26,160 bases of DNA from a virus (lineage: Duplodnaviria; Caudoviricetes). Of this stretch, positions 1-9,500 are shown in pieces. Position numbers and translations under genes: made by a program. The number at the start of each line of letters is the position of its first letter. The stretch's first letter is position 1. The stretch lies in the IMG/VR virus record IMGVR_UViG_3300025009_000348, positions 1 through 26,160 of that record, one strand, 5' to 3'. The notes under the pieces are model-generated. The model saw only the letters and a list, made by a program, of their open reading frames with translations. It was not told the DNA's origin and did no database searches.

Positions 1-1
1 A

Positions 2-403
2 TTAAGCTTTAGCTCAGTAAAAACCTTTGAACAAAACCCACTTTGGTATACTTATGTAGGTATTCCAACAAAGTTTTGTCTTGATGCCACAAGCAAAAAA
101 CTTACATTTAATTATTTGATTGATTTTGCTGATACCTTAAAAATACGGGTATCAAGGATGCCTTTAGTACCCCTTGTTAGTGATGTGGATATTCCTGAAT
201 TTGAAGAAGAATATCATGATCATTTTCTTAATGGTATTATGGCTTGGATGTATTCTAAACAGGATGCAGATACTATTGATAAGGTTAAAGCAGAAGAGTA
301 CAGACAGAAATTTCTTATGGATATAGATAAAATTAAACGTATAGAGATATATGATCGCAATGTTCAAAATCCTTCTAATAACTCCTTACTAGCATTTAGG
401 TAA
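2..403 (+). CDS. Phage head-tail adaptor / tail tubular protein A-like (5'-truncated)
   Basis: The frame of ORF 116..403 is open back to position 2 (LSFSSVKTFEQNPLWY...). C-terminal PEFEEEYHDHFL...WMYSKQDADT...KAEEYRQKF resembles podovirus adaptor proteins. It lies directly upstream of a nozzle-like gene. Confidence 0.65.
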   Translation, partial: LSFSSVKTFEQNPLWYTYVGIPTKFCLDATSKKLTFNYLIDFADTLKIRVSRMPLVPLVSDVDIPEFEEEYHDHFLNGIMAWMYSKQDADTIDKVKAEEYRQKFLMDIDKIKRIEIYDRNVQNPSNNSLLAFR

Positions 404-411
404 TATAATAT

Positions 412-1905
412 ATGGCAGATAAAGGTAAAATACTTTTAGATTACACTGGTAAACTATTAGGTGCTAAACTTGCATTTAATGGTATGAGTGCCTTAAATGA
501 TGCTGCAAATATACCTATTGACGGACCTCTCTGTTACGATATATTAAATTGTGATATAGACAACAGAGGTAATATTAGTAGACGTGATGGTTTAACACTT
601 ATTACTAATGCTGTGATAACATCAGTTTGGTCAAACGGAACTTACGTTTATTGTGTTTCTGGTGGTAAAATTTGTACTTACAATAATGCTACTACTATTA
701 CACCCCTCGTAAACTCACCAACTGTAAATGTGGTTACTGAGTTTAAACAAGTTAATAATGTAGTGGTATATTCTGATGGTACTAATGTTGGTATTATTGA
801 GGGTACTACTTTAACTGCTATTACTACCTCTACTACCTTTGCTAATGATGCTGCAATAGCATCTCATGTGACTACTAACTTACCTGCTAACTTTCAAGCT
901 GCTGCTAGTAACTTTGAGGTGGATGCTTTTAAACTTACTACTCCTGCGGGTAGGTGTTTAGAGTTTTATGATGGTAAACTTTACTTTGCTATTAATAACT
1001 ATCTTTATTGTACAAAAACTTTTGATGTGGAGCATATTGATATTAGATATAATGTTGTAGCTGGCTTCCCTACTAATATAACAATGGTAGCTAAAGTAAC
1101 AGATGGTTTATACGTAGGTACTGCTGATGGTACTTATTTCTTAAGTGGTTCTGCTACTGAACAAGGTGGCTTCTCCCAAGAACAAATATCTAAATTTGGT
1201 GTTATTTACGGTTCTAATATTACTTATCAGAGTGAAAATTCTAAGGCAACAGAGGGTGTTAATATAAATGTATATTGGACCTCTACTAATGGTATTTATT
1301 CTGGTACTAGTGGTGGTAAATATAAACACTTGTCTGAAGACCAAGTTAACATGTCTTTAGGTACTACTGCAACTGCCTTACTTAAAACTTTTGGTGAAAC
1401 ACAGCAATATATAGTTTGTTTTAATGCTGATGGCAATGATACATATCCTACGTGGGTGGTTAATACTGATACAAGTGCTCATAGTAGGTATTCAAAGTAT
1501 ACCTTTAAAAGCCTCTATACCTTTAATAACTTATATTATGGTGTTAATGCTAATGGTGTATATCAACTAATAGGTGAAGATGATTTTGGTAGTACTATAG
1601 ATGCATTTGCACAGTCACCTATAACTGACTTTGAGAAAACAGAAATAAAAGCTGTTATGTATGCATATTTAAATCTTCGTGCAGATGGTGATATAGGTAT
1701 AGATTTTATTATTGATGAAGAGATTGAGCGTAGTGATTATATGACTAACTTTGATTATAAAGAAGGTTCTCATCGTCGTAAATTTACTTTTCCTAAAGGT
1801 CTTAAAGGAACTAATTGGCAATTTAAAATTAAAAATATAAATGGTTCATATTTTAAGTTGTTTGATTTTGAACTAAAAGCCGCTACTTTAAAACGTAATA
1901 TTTAA
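412..1905 (+). CDS. Tail tubular protein B / nozzle (stabilisation protein-like, beta-propeller-rich)
   Basis: 497 aa, beta-rich. N-terminal FNGM...NCDIDNRGNISRRDG and C-terminal KGLKGTNWQFKI patterns are typical of podovirus tail nozzle proteins. Synteny after the adaptor gene. Confidence 0.7.
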   Translation: MADKGKILLDYTGKLLGAKLAFNGMSALNDAANIPIDGPLCYDILNCDIDNRGNISRRDGLTLITNAVITSVWSNGTYVYCVSGGKICTYNNATTITPLVNSPTVNVVTEFKQVNNVVVYSDGTNVGIIEGTTLTAITTSTTFANDAAIASHVTTNLPANFQAAASNFEVDAFKLTTPAGRCLEFYDGKLYFAINNYLYCTKTFDVEHIDIRYNVVAGFPTNITMVAKVTDGLYVGTADGTYFLSGSATEQGGFSQEQISKFGVIYGSNITYQSENSKATEGVNINVYWTSTNGIYSGTSGGKYKHLSEDQVNMSLGTTATALLKTFGETQQYIVCFNADGNDTYPTWVVNTDTSAHSRYSKYTFKSLYTFNNLYYGVNANGVYQLIGEDDFGSTIDAFAQSPITDFEKTEIKAVMYAYLNLRADGDIGIDFIIDEEIERSDYMTNFDYKEGSHRRKFTFPKGLKGTNWQFKIKNINGSYFKLFDFELKAATLKRNI

Positions 1906-1908
1906 GTA

Positions 1909-4035
1909 ATGGTAATTATTAATACTACAGATATACCTTCTGAAACAGTAAACCCCCTTGCGCAACAAGTATATATAGCCTTATCTAAACGTAATATATC
2001 TCGACCCTCTAAAAAAGCCCTCTCTCTTACAATAGGTACTTTAAGTGATATACCCATCTATATTGTAGATTTTGCTAAAGAACCTAAAAATGATAAAATA
2101 ATAATTGTTAATGCTAATCCCTTTGTTATAACTAATGCAGTTAATGAAGAGGTTACTGGTGATTTATACCCTACCTTGTATTGGAAGGGTGGTGTGGCTC
2201 CTTTTGTAATTAAGCTTGTTTATCAAAGTGTAGATGGTAATACTATTATATACGATGTAGATACTATGAATGTAAATATAGATGATAATCTTACTGATGG
2301 TACTGGTGATATTACATATCAACGTGATTATATTATGATGAAAAAGGTTGAGGAAGATGGTTGGTGGGTTGATGATTTAGAGATAGAAGATTTAAACCAT
2401 AAAAATGCTATTGGTCTACAGATTACTGATGATTTAGGACGCACTTTATTTGCTCCTTTTAAACCAGATACGGCGACTATATATACTGAATATGGACCAG
2501 AAACATGGTGTGTGCCAACGATACATTGGGCGCAACCAAGCCCTATTACCTATGGTGAAGCACTTACTGTTGGGACTGAATTGGCAGCATATACGCATAT
2601 CCCCGGAACAAGCACAGCATTACCGGGGGAATTTTTTTATTGGTTAGATGCGGCTTATACTACTCCCGCTGAAAATGTAGTACCTAATGCAAACACAGGC
2701 TTGCCTCTATATACAACTTTCCAAGCAACTGATGATGTACACTACCATTTAGCTGAATATGAGACTGGTATTGTAGTTAATAAGGCTACACCTAATATTC
2801 TATGGTCACACCCACAATCTGTTGATTATAATGCATATTATAATGTATCACTTATTAGTACTGATACTTCAGGAGTAGCAACTTTTAATCCACCAAATAA
2901 TACACATATTACTGCAATGGGTGATTTTACTGGTTCAATTACTTTTACCCCTACTGATCTTAATAATTATAATATTGTAAATGATTCTTATACGATACAT
3001 GTAAATAAGATTGCAGCTACTATATCCATTACAGCAGGTTTAACTCAAACATGGAGTTCAAGTGAGCCTTTTTATGGTGTTAGTATTAATACAACACCAA
3101 GTGGTCTTACTTATGGTGTAACTTATGATGGTAGTACACAAGCACCTACTATGCCGGGAACTTATAATGTAGTTGCTTGGGTTATTGATAATATTTATGA
3201 GGGTACAACTTCAGATAATATGGTAGTTAATAAGGCTACACCTGTATTTACTGATGTTGATGATATTACTGGTACATACCCAGCAGATGTTAGTCAAGGG
3301 TATATTACATCTAGTTCAGGTGCTACTGTAACACTAAGTACTTCTAATTCTACGGTATGTACAGTTTTGGGTAATATGTATCAAACAACTACTAATGCAG
3401 GTGATTGTTTGATTACTGCAAGTTGTGCTGCAACTGATACTTATGCGGCTGCTAATAACATAACTGTTATTGGTATTAGTATAGCAAAAGCTAACCAAAC
3501 TATATCAGTATATACTACAAGTGGTACTTGTCAAGTTGGTAATTATGGTTCTTCTCTGACTGTTGGCGGAGCATCAGGTAATCCTGTAATACTATCATCA
3601 AGTAATGAAGCTATTGCCACTATTTCAGGTTCAAATATTTACGGTGTATCTCGTGGTACTGTAACTATTTATGGAAATCAAGCAGGGAATAGTAATTATA
3701 ATGCTGCACCACAAGTTAATATGGGTAACTTTATAGTTAAGGATTGGGTTACTCTTGCAGAATATACATGTGGACAGATTTCAGTATTACAATATTGGAT
3801 AGGTAATGGTTATTGGTCAGCCCTTGGAACTTATATAAGAAAAGTTGATCCAACTGGAACAATGGCTGTTACATGGGGGTATTCATATAATAATACTGCT
3901 GGTACTCATTCTGCTGCTGTTGTTCCTGATTTACTTGATATAACAAGTACACAATTAAATAATTGGGCTTGGAATGGTGCTCAAGGACTTAGTTATGATG
4001 ATATTCATATTCTTAAGGTAGAAAAATATATGTAA
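1909..4035 (+). CDS. Virion protein with tandem Ig-like/MBG-type repeats (putative adhesin or tail appendage)
   Basis: 708 aa. Repeated domain junctions PTIHWAQPSPITYG, VVNKATP (x2), VNKIAATI, IAKANQTI. MBG-like TYDGSTQAPTMPGTYNVVA and adhesin-like GTVTIYGNQAGNSNYNAAPQV segments. Confidence 0.7.
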   Translation: MVIINTTDIPSETVNPLAQQVYIALSKRNISRPSKKALSLTIGTLSDIPIYIVDFAKEPKNDKIIIVNANPFVITNAVNEEVTGDLYPTLYWKGGVAPFVIKLVYQSVDGNTIIYDVDTMNVNIDDNLTDGTGDITYQRDYIMMKKVEEDGWWVDDLEIEDLNHKNAIGLQITDDLGRTLFAPFKPDTATIYTEYGPETWCVPTIHWAQPSPITYGEALTVGTELAAYTHIPGTSTALPGEFFYWLDAAYTTPAENVVPNANTGLPLYTTFQATDDVHYHLAEYETGIVVNKATPNILWSHPQSVDYNAYYNVSLISTDTSGVATFNPPNNTHITAMGDFTGSITFTPTDLNNYNIVNDSYTIHVNKIAATISITAGLTQTWSSSEPFYGVSINTTPSGLTYGVTYDGSTQAPTMPGTYNVVAWVIDNIYEGTTSDNMVVNKATPVFTDVDDITGTYPADVSQGYITSSSGATVTLSTSNSTVCTVLGNMYQTTTNAGDCLITASCAATDTYAAANNITVIGISIAKANQTISVYTTSGTCQVGNYGSSLTVGGASGNPVILSSSNEAIATISGSNIYGVSRGTVTIYGNQAGNSNYNAAPQVNMGNFIVKDWVTLAEYTCGQISVLQYWIGNGYWSALGTYIRKVDPTGTMAVTWGYSYNNTAGTHSAAVVPDLLDITSTQLNNWAWNGAQGLSYDDIHILKVEKYM
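2773..3243 (+). repeat. Exact 21-bp direct repeat GTAGTTAATAAGGCTACACCT at 2773-2793 and 3223-3243
   Basis: Read directly from the sequence. Copies are 450 bp apart, in frame, and both encode VVNKATP. Confidence 0.9.
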
Positions 4036-4106
4036 TTAAGAATAGATATATTAATATTATGTTAATATAGAAGTTATAAAATATAATTAACTAAAGGGAT
4101 ATAAAT

Positions 4107-5135
4107 ATGCCTATATCTACACCAGCAAATCTTGCAGATTCTAATGCCGTATATATTAGTGCGATGCAATCAGCAGCAGGTACAGCGGTAACTAATTTAA
4201 ATACATATGCATCTAGTTGGACAAATACTACTATAAGTGCAATTTCCCCTGCTGTTACATTGGGTACATACCCTACTGGTGAGGTTGCACTATTACCCAC
4301 ATATACACCTATAGATTTTACTCCTGTAACAATACCAACGCTACCAGATGCACCTAGTCTTACTGGTGGTACTACCCCTTTGTGGAATGAAACTTATTGG
4401 TCAAATCTCAAGACACTTATTACTAATTTTACTGGTAGTGTAACTTCATCTACTAATCTTGATACTGTTATAACTAATTTAACGACTGATCAAGGTAAAT
4501 TAAATACTGCAATGTACGCGGCTGATCTTGAACGTAAGCAACAGGCTCTTAGAGATGCTTATAGTGCAGCTAACTCTGCTACGGGAGCAAAGGGCTTCAC
4601 TTTCCCTAACAGCATGTCCAATGCCCTTAAAATGGATGCACAACAAAAGTTTCAATTTGATCTTTCCCAAACTGCTCGTGATCTTATTAAAGGTATTTTT
4701 GAGTGGGCTAAATCTAATTGGCAATTTACTATTTCACAAGGTGTTTCGGCCCATAACTCTGATGCCGAATTTAATACACGATACTTAAGTGCTATAACAC
4801 AAGCATATGCAAATACTTTAAATGGGCTTCTTTCTATTTATAAAACTGAGACTGATGTTCTTATGTTACAAGTAGATACTAAAGTTAAGGAATATAATTT
4901 TTATTTAGAGAAGATTAAAGTAAAAGCAGAGATAGTAAATATTGAAGATAAAGCTAAATTAGCTAAGTTTGCAGAAGACATTAAAAATGCTGCTACTGCC
5001 GCTGAGATAACTTTAAAAGCTAATCATGATAATGCTGCAAATAAGATTGCTGCTGGTACAGCGATTATGCAGGGAGCATCATCAATAGCTGCATCAACAT
5101 CTAATATAGCAATAGGTATGCTACCTACAGCATAA
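4107..5135 (+). CDS. Putative internal virion (ejection) protein
   Basis: 342 aa, Ala/Thr-rich and predicted helical, with an A..GF..P motif (GAKGFTFP). Positioned between the tail genes and the giant virion protein. RBS AAGGGA. Confidence 0.55.
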   Translation: MPISTPANLADSNAVYISAMQSAAGTAVTNLNTYASSWTNTTISAISPAVTLGTYPTGEVALLPTYTPIDFTPVTIPTLPDAPSLTGGTTPLWNETYWSNLKTLITNFTGSVTSSTNLDTVITNLTTDQGKLNTAMYAADLERKQQALRDAYSAANSATGAKGFTFPNSMSNALKMDAQQKFQFDLSQTARDLIKGIFEWAKSNWQFTISQGVSAHNSDAEFNTRYLSAITQAYANTLNGLLSIYKTETDVLMLQVDTKVKEYNFYLEKIKVKAEIVNIEDKAKLAKFAEDIKNAATAAEITLKANHDNAANKIAAGTAIMQGASSIAASTSNIAIGMLPTA

Positions 5136-5145
5136 GGAGAAGTAA

Positions 5146-6540
5146 ATGGCTAATAATCAATATGAAGATACTTTCAAAGGTAACTTTAATCAACATCCTA
5201 TCTTAGGTAGTCTTACTGCTGGTATAGCCCCTGCTATTGCTACTGTGGGTGGGAAGTTTCTAAATACAATGACTTATCAACCAACACCAGAACAAAAGGC
5301 TATTAATGATAAGGCTTTTACAGATGGCGTTGCTGCTAGGTTCAATGGTAGTATTGGTTCTTCTCCGGGTTCTACTCGTATTGGTGTACCCACCCCTGCT
5401 GGTACTGCCCCTATTGTTTCATTAAACTTTGGAGGTAGTAATATACCTAAAACAGATTTACCAGTAATCTCTGATAGAAATGCTCTTCCAACAAAACCCT
5501 CTATAACTTCTACAGTGAGAGTAACACCCAAACCTAAAGTACAAAGTACTACTAAAAGAGTTAGTGATAAACCTAAAGTTGCAAAATCAACTAATGATAT
5601 AGCTACACCAAGGGGTTTACAAACTCCCGGTTTTACTATTCCCGGTGTAGACCCTAAGATAACACACCTTCCTGTAGGTGCTGGTAGTGGTTATGAGGAT
5701 TATAGTACACAAGGGGTGGAGACTTATTTACCCCCTTCTGGTGGTGGTATAGCTACAGATGGTGAGAATACTTATTTCCTTCGGGGTAACACTCCACTAG
5801 AACAAGAAAAGATTGCTACACAACCTACAGCAATACAAGCACCTGTTGGTACAACTTTTGAAAATGACCCATCTTATGCTGATCAAAGACGCTGGCAACA
5901 GCAACAGGATATTGCTGCTCTTGTACCTAAAGATGAAGAACTCGCTAAAACTGCTTGGGGTGCTAGATATGGTGCTGGTGTAGATGCAAAGCGTGTAGCT
6001 CTTATAGAGAATCAACAGAAGCTAAGTATAGACCAACAGAATGCTAATAATAGTCAGGAGTATAATAAAGGTAAGTTAGCTATAGATAGTGCACTACTTC
6101 CCGGTCAGATACAAGAACAAGGGTCAAAACTTGCTAATGAGTCGCTTATACGAGAATTATCTATAAGTAAACACCCACTTGAAATGAGTAAAATCAAGGC
6201 CGAGATAGAAGAACTTGTTGGTAGAGGAGAGTATAGAAAGGCTCAAGTACTTATTCAAAAACATGCTATAGATGCAAAATTAAAGGCAATGACAGTACAA
6301 GGTTCTGATACAGATTATTTTGACCCCGGTAAATATAATGGCACTATTGAACTTATTAAATTGATGGATTCTCAATTAAGTCTCTTAGATAAGGATAGTC
6401 CAGAAGCAAAAGATTTAATTGCTAATAGGAATTTACAAATGTCTCAACTTGCAGTATATAGAAATAAACCATCAAAACCTGCTCTTGTTAAAGAGTCATA
6501 TATGCCAGTACAAACTGCTAACACAGGAGATATTTACTAA
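5146..6540 (+). CDS. Putative internal virion (ejection) protein
   Basis: 464 aa with a low-complexity Pro/Thr/Gly N-half and a coiled-coil C-half. RBS AAGGAG. TAATG coupling to the giant gene. Confidence 0.55.
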   Translation: MANNQYEDTFKGNFNQHPILGSLTAGIAPAIATVGGKFLNTMTYQPTPEQKAINDKAFTDGVAARFNGSIGSSPGSTRIGVPTPAGTAPIVSLNFGGSNIPKTDLPVISDRNALPTKPSITSTVRVTPKPKVQSTTKRVSDKPKVAKSTNDIATPRGLQTPGFTIPGVDPKITHLPVGAGSGYEDYSTQGVETYLPPSGGGIATDGENTYFLRGNTPLEQEKIATQPTAIQAPVGTTFENDPSYADQRRWQQQQDIAALVPKDEELAKTAWGARYGAGVDAKRVALIENQQKLSIDQQNANNSQEYNKGKLAIDSALLPGQIQEQGSKLANESLIRELSISKHPLEMSKIKAEIEELVGRGEYRKAQVLIQKHAIDAKLKAMTVQGSDTDYFDPGKYNGTIELIKLMDSQLSLLDKDSPEAKDLIANRNLQMSQLAVYRNKPSKPALVKESYMPVQTANTGDIY

Positions 6541-9500
6541 TGCCTACATGGGAAGAAATTTTAGCTCAATTAGAATCAGGTACTAATCCTAATACTACAG
6601 TTATGCAAAAGGTTCCTCTTACTAAAAGACCTCCTGCACCAATTGACTTTCCTGCTTATGTTCCTACTCCACCAGAACCAGAGAAAGTTGGTGCTCTACG
6701 TTCTATTGCGGGTAATGTTGTATCTGGTGCTCTCCAAGGAACTGTTGGTACTGCTGGTAGGCTTATTGAGGGTGGTCTTCGACATGGTTTAGGGGCTACT
6801 GATCTTGCTGAAACCTATCGTCAAGGTAATGAAGGTTTTGAAGAGTGGGTGCATGATACCTTCACTAAGGATAACCTTCAAACCAAAGATATTAACGGGG
6901 TGGGTTCTGCTCTTAGATATATAGGTGAAAACGTTGGTAACTTTGCTGGTCAAATGCTCCCATCTATTTTTCTTATGGGTGGTGTTGGTGGCATAGCATC
7001 TCGTGCTGCTCTGAAGAGTGCTGGTGGTATGGAAAAAGAAGCTGCTATTGCCTACGCTCAGAAGATGGGTGAGCGTGCTGTAATTGGTGCTGCTACAGTG
7101 AGTGAAGGTGCTCAAGAGGGTGGTATCATTTATGGGATGCAAGGTAAAAATATAGAAGAAGGTAAACAAGAGGATTATAATCATCTTCAAGGTATTGCTG
7201 GTACTAGTGCTGCCGCTGCCCTTGGTGCAGGTAGTACAATATATAATATGGGTCGTTTAGGTCTTACAAAAGCTTTAGGGGCATCTGGTGTTAAAGAAGG
7301 TGTAGAAGAATTAGGTAAAAAAATTAGTGCTAAAACACTTCTCACACAACCCTTTGTTGGTGCTCTTTCAGAAGGTGTTCAAGAGAGTGCTCAAACACTT
7401 GCAGAAAACTATGGTGCTACTAATAAGGTATTGGCTGATGGTGAAACCTTAACTCCATATAATGCTTTACGTACTGGTACTGCTGCCCTTACGGGTGGTA
7501 TGCTTGGTGGAGATGTACTACAACCTACCCTGCGTAATGAAATGTTTGAATCTGGTGCTGCTGGTGCAGCGGGTGGTTTTGGTCTTGGTGCTATAGGTGC
7601 TGCTGGTAAGGGTACTATACAAGCACTAGCTACCCCACCTAAAGTTATATCTACTGATGCTACCTCTATTGGAGATAATAAAACTGGTACTACTATAGTA
7701 GAGGAGACTAAAGCTGGTCTTGGGTCTAATCAGGAAGTTCAAGGTATCCTTGGTCTGCCTACAGAAGGTGGTCTTGTAGGTGGTTTGCTTGGCAGCGAGG
7801 AAAACATCCTCAATCCTGAACTTATTAAACAAGGTAATCCAACTTCAGCAGTTGCAAAAGCAGCTAAGTTTAAATCCATACTAGAAACACAACTTAAGAA
7901 TATTCCTGCTGATGCTGATTTCCAAAAGAACTTTGATAAGATTCTTAATAATGCTATTACTACGGCTAATCCTGCTACCCTACAACAGGCTTATACTACA
8001 GGTCAGGATACTACGCCTATAGAGTACGCTTATTTTGTTAAGGATGCTCTCGCTAACAATCCTGTTTATGCTAATGCATATAATAATAATAGTAAAATAC
8101 AAGGGGAGAAGCGTAAGCAAGAAGCTCTTCAAAAGAAAGTAGCTAAAGAAGCTCCTCAGACTCGTTCTAACGCCTCCGAAGGTATACAAACAAGTCTTCC
8201 TATTGATAATTATATTAATAGTACTGATGGGCATGTAAGTGCGTATAATGATGATATAGCACTTAAGAGAGAACAAGCACAACAAGAAGAGATTGCTAAT
8301 ATGTCTAGTGGGTCACAAATAGGTATGTTTGGTGATCATACTGATAATACTGAAACAAAAGAAAGTAATATTGATTTTCCCACAAGGGATGCGGCTAAAG
8401 AAGCTATTACATCTACTATTACTAATCTTAAAAGCTTAGTTAGTAAACGTAAAGGTATAACTGCGGAAGAAAAGGTTGTTGCTCGTCAGCAAATAAAAGA
8501 TTTAACTAATAAAATTGCAAAACAATACACTTCTTGGACACAACCAGAACTTAATTTTAACCCTGTTGAAGAATTAAAAATTGTACAAGAGCATAAAGAG
8601 ACTGTACAAGGTTTACATGATCTTGTTACTAATGATGTAATTACTCCTGATGAAGCAACATTGTTACAGCATACACTTACTGACCAAGCTGTAGAGCACC
8701 CTATTGTTCCCCCTAAAGGTAAATTAGAGAAAAAACCACCTACGGTGAAAGTAAAACAAAAGCGGGATATAATTAAGAAGGTAGAGCCTGTTATTGCTCC
8801 TGAAGTAAAAGTTGAGTCTAAAGTAACACCTACGGCTATTACACCTAAAAAGGAGAGTAAATTAGATAAGGCGGCAAGGGAGCGTAAGGAAGCTAAAGAA
8901 GCTGAAGCAGTAGTTGTTGAAGAAGCACCTAAAAAGAGTAAAACCAAAGTAACTGAAAAGGGTCAAGAATCTACACACCCTGATTTTACCGAAGATGAAG
9001 CACAAGCACTTGTAAAAACTTTACTTGGTAATAAAGCTGAATTAGAAATAGTTGACGCTGATTATATTATTGCAACTGACCCCAATGGCAATATTGTACG
9101 AATTTCTGCACAAGCTATAGGTAAATTTATTCAGGTTGCTTCTGGTTCTGCAACTCTTTATGAGAACGTGCGTCATGAGGCTATACATGTAGCTAGGACT
9201 CTTGGTATTATTAATGATAAAGAGTGGAAAGTATTACAACTTAAAGCTAATAAATGGATAAAAGATTTTGGTATTGAAGATCGTTATAAGGGATTTACAA
9301 AAGAAGAGTTACAAGAAGAAGCGATTGCCAGAGCCTTTGAAATTAATCCAAAGGATAATACCATTTTTGGTAAGCTTAAGAACTTCTTTGAAAAAATTGT
9401 TAATACTCTCAAAGGTCTTGGTTTTAACTCATCAAAGTCAGTATTTAGTAAATTTGAATCCGGTGCTTATGCATCTCGTTCAGTAAATAAGACTCTTGAT

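Noticed and set aside
2625-2638. GGGGGAATTTTTTT run as a programmed frameshift site
   Set aside because: It does not form an in-frame X XXY YYZ heptamer and the gene is continuous in one frame.
3740-4035. Diversity-generating retroelement target at the C-terminus of the Ig-repeat protein or tail fibre
   Set aside because: No template repeat with adenine-specific mismatches and no reverse transcriptase in the window.
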